Below are positions 1 to 1,041 of a stretch of 1,041 bases of DNA, one piece after another. The notes beneath the pieces were generated by a model. That model was not told the origin of the DNA, did not search any database, and saw only the letters and a list, made by a program, of their open reading frames with translations. The DNA is from a phage, in the sequence record MT912504.1; one strand, 5' to 3'. The position numbers and the translations under genes were made by a program. Position 1 is the stretch's first letter. Each line of letters opens with the position of its first letter.

Positions 1-1041
1 ATGGCTAATGTTCCTGGTCAGAAAATTGGTACTGATCAGGGTAAAGGTAAATCTTCTTCTGATGCTCTTGCTCTTTTTCTTAAAGTTTTTGCTGGTGAGG
101 TTCTTACTGCTTTTACTCGTCGTTCTGTTACTGCTGATAAACATATTGTTCGTACTATTCAGAATGGTAAATCTGCTCAGTTTCCTGTTATGGGTCGTAC
201 TTCTGGTGTTTATCTTGCTCCTGGTGAGCGTCTTTCTGATAAACGTAAAGGTATTAAACATACTGAGAAAGTTATTACTATTGATGGTCTTCTTACTGCT
301 GATGTTATGATTTTTGATATTGAGGATGCTATGAATCATTATGATGTTGCTGGTGAGTATTCTAATCAGCTTGGTGAGGCTCTTGCTATTGCTGCTGATG
401 GTGCTGTTCTTGCTGAGATGGCTATTCTTTGCAATCTTCCTGCTGCTTCTAATGAGAATATTGCTGGTCTTGGTACTGCTTCTGTTCTTGAGGTTGGTAA
501 AAAAGCTGATCTTGATACTCCTGCTAAACTTGGTGAGGCTATTATTGGTCAGCTTACTATTGCTCGTGCTAAACTTACTTCTAATTATGTTCCTGCTGGT
601 GATCGTTATTTTTATACTACTCCTGATAATTATTCTGCTATTCTTGCTGCTCTTATGCCTAATGCTGCTAATTATGCTGCTCTTATTGATCCTGAGACTG
701 GTAATATTCGTAATGTTATGGGTTTTGTTGTTGTTGAGGTTCCTCATCTTGTTCAGGGTGGTGCTGGTGAGACTCGTGGTGATGATGGTATTACTATTGC
801 TTCTGGTCAGAAACATGCTTTTCCTGCTACTGCTTCTTCTGATGTTAAAGTTACTATGGATAATGTTGTTGGTCTTTTTTCTCATCGTTCTGCTGTTGGT
901 ACTGTTAAACTTCGTGATCTTGCTCTTGAGCGTGATCGTGATGTTGATGCTCAGGGTGATCTTATTGTTGGTAAATATGCTATGGGTCATGGTGGTCTTC
1001 GTCCTGAGGCTGCTGGTGCTCTTGTTTTTTCTCCTGCTGAG
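1..1041 (+). CDS. 10A: Major capsid protein of a T7-like podovirus (Autographiviridae-type, HK97 fold), homolog of T7 gp10A. Complete or near-complete: ATG at nt 1, open to the last base, stop codon not in window.
   Basis: Frame +1 is open across all 347 codons. Translation begins MANVPGQKIGTDQGKGKSSSDALALFLKVFAGEVLTAF and ends KYAMGHGGLRPEAAGALVFSPAE. By eye it is collinear with T7 gp10A as I recall it (about 345 aa), with many identical blocks along its full length and a C-terminus aligning to T7's ...GHGGLRPEAAGAVVFKVE. The single Cys (TGC, nt 430-432, in the LCN motif) sits at the same place as in T7. Gene symbol follows T7 nomenclature and is a homology call. The identification rests on memory of the T7 sequence, not on a database search. 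The provided ORF track omits this frame, presumably because it has no in-window stop. Confidence 0.9.
   Translation, partial: MANVPGQKIGTDQGKGKSSSDALALFLKVFAGEVLTAFTRRSVTADKHIVRTIQNGKSAQFPVMGRTSGVYLAPGERLSDKRKGIKHTEKVITIDGLLTADVMIFDIEDAMNHYDVAGEYSNQLGEALAIAADGAVLAEMAILCNLPAASNENIAGLGTASVLEVGKKADLDTPAKLGEAIIGQLTIARAKLTSNYVPAGDRYFYTTPDNYSAILAALMPNAANYAALIDPETGNIRNVMGFVVVEVPHLVQGGAGETRGDDGITIASGQKHAFPATASSDVKVTMDNVVGLFSHRSAVGTVKLRDLALERDRDVDAQGDLIVGKYAMGHGGLRPEAAGALVFSPAE

Noticed and set aside
8-310. The +2 frame ORF from the supplied track (100 aa, MFLVRKLVLIRVKVNLLL...)
   Set aside because: Its product is a low-complexity Leu/Val/Phe string produced by reading the T-rich frame +1 codons (NNT) one base out of register. 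It lies entirely inside the capsid CDS, which has a far better protein-level explanation. Artefact of the recoding.
727-735. Apparent micro tandem repeats (GTTGTTGTT at 727-735, and recurrent GCTGCT, GGTGGT, TCTTCTTCT, e.g. nt 52-60)
   Set aside because: They reflect consecutive identical amino acids (VVV, AA, GG, SSS) each encoded by a single codon. Not genuine DNA repeats, CRISPR repeats or slippage-prone tracts of biological meaning.
775-783. An RGD tripeptide (Arg-Gly-Asp, CGT GGT GAT) in the variable segment
   Set aside because: RGD occurs by chance at appreciable frequency in proteins, and there is no context suggesting integrin-binding function in a bacteriophage capsid. Most likely coincidental.
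875-880. T6 homopolymer runs (nt 875-880 and 1025-1030) as possible terminator U-tracts or slippery sites
   Set aside because: Both arise from the fixed codons for Leu/Val-Phe-Ser (CTT or GTT, then TTT TCT). There is no preceding GC-rich hairpin, and because the nucleotide sequence is a deterministic encoding these runs need not exist in the native gene.
1-1041. Strong strand compositional asymmetry (T-rich + strand, almost no C or G at third codon positions) as a possible replication or transcription skew signal
   Set aside because: Fully explained by the single-codon table, in which 15 of 19 amino acids use a T-ending codon. It carries no information about the source genome.
1-1041. Possibility of a hidden novel system (defence, toxin, anti-defence) or overlapping or antisense gene
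   Set aside because: No long alternative-frame or minus-strand ORF with a plausible non-low-complexity product, and the whole window is accounted for by one well-conserved structural protein. Overlapping-gene signals could not survive back-translation in any case.

Overview
The whole window is one uninterrupted + strand reading frame (nt 1-1041, 347 codons, ATG at nt 1, no stop inside the window) encoding a T7-like podovirus major capsid protein, a homolog of T7 gp10A with the HK97 fold. I recognise it from long blocks that match my recollection of T7 gp10A exactly or nearly so (e.g. LALFLKVF, GEVLTAF, GKSAQFPV, HTEKVITIDGLLTAD, DIEDAMNHYDV, YSAILAALMPNAANYAALIDPE, IRNVMGF, VVEVPHL, HRSAVGTVKLRDLALER, KYAMGHGGLRPEAAGA); it is clearly not T7 itself. 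The most important observation is at the nucleotide level: every amino acid is encoded by a single codon throughout (Ala GCT, Gly GGT, Leu CTT, Val GTT, Thr ACT, Ser TCT, Arg CGT, Pro CCT, Ile ATT, Phe TTT, Tyr TAT, Asp GAT, Asn AAT, His CAT, Lys AAA, Glu GAG, Gln CAG, Cys TGC). This is the signature of a deterministic back-translation or synthetic recoding, not natural DNA. Nucleotide-level signals such as T-runs, apparent tandem repeats, the shifted-frame ORF and strand skew are therefore artefacts, and only the protein carries biological information. I see no evidence for a novel or undescribed system: this is a canonical phage structural gene in recoded form. No RNA genes, CRISPR arrays, mobile elements or regulatory sites can be supported.
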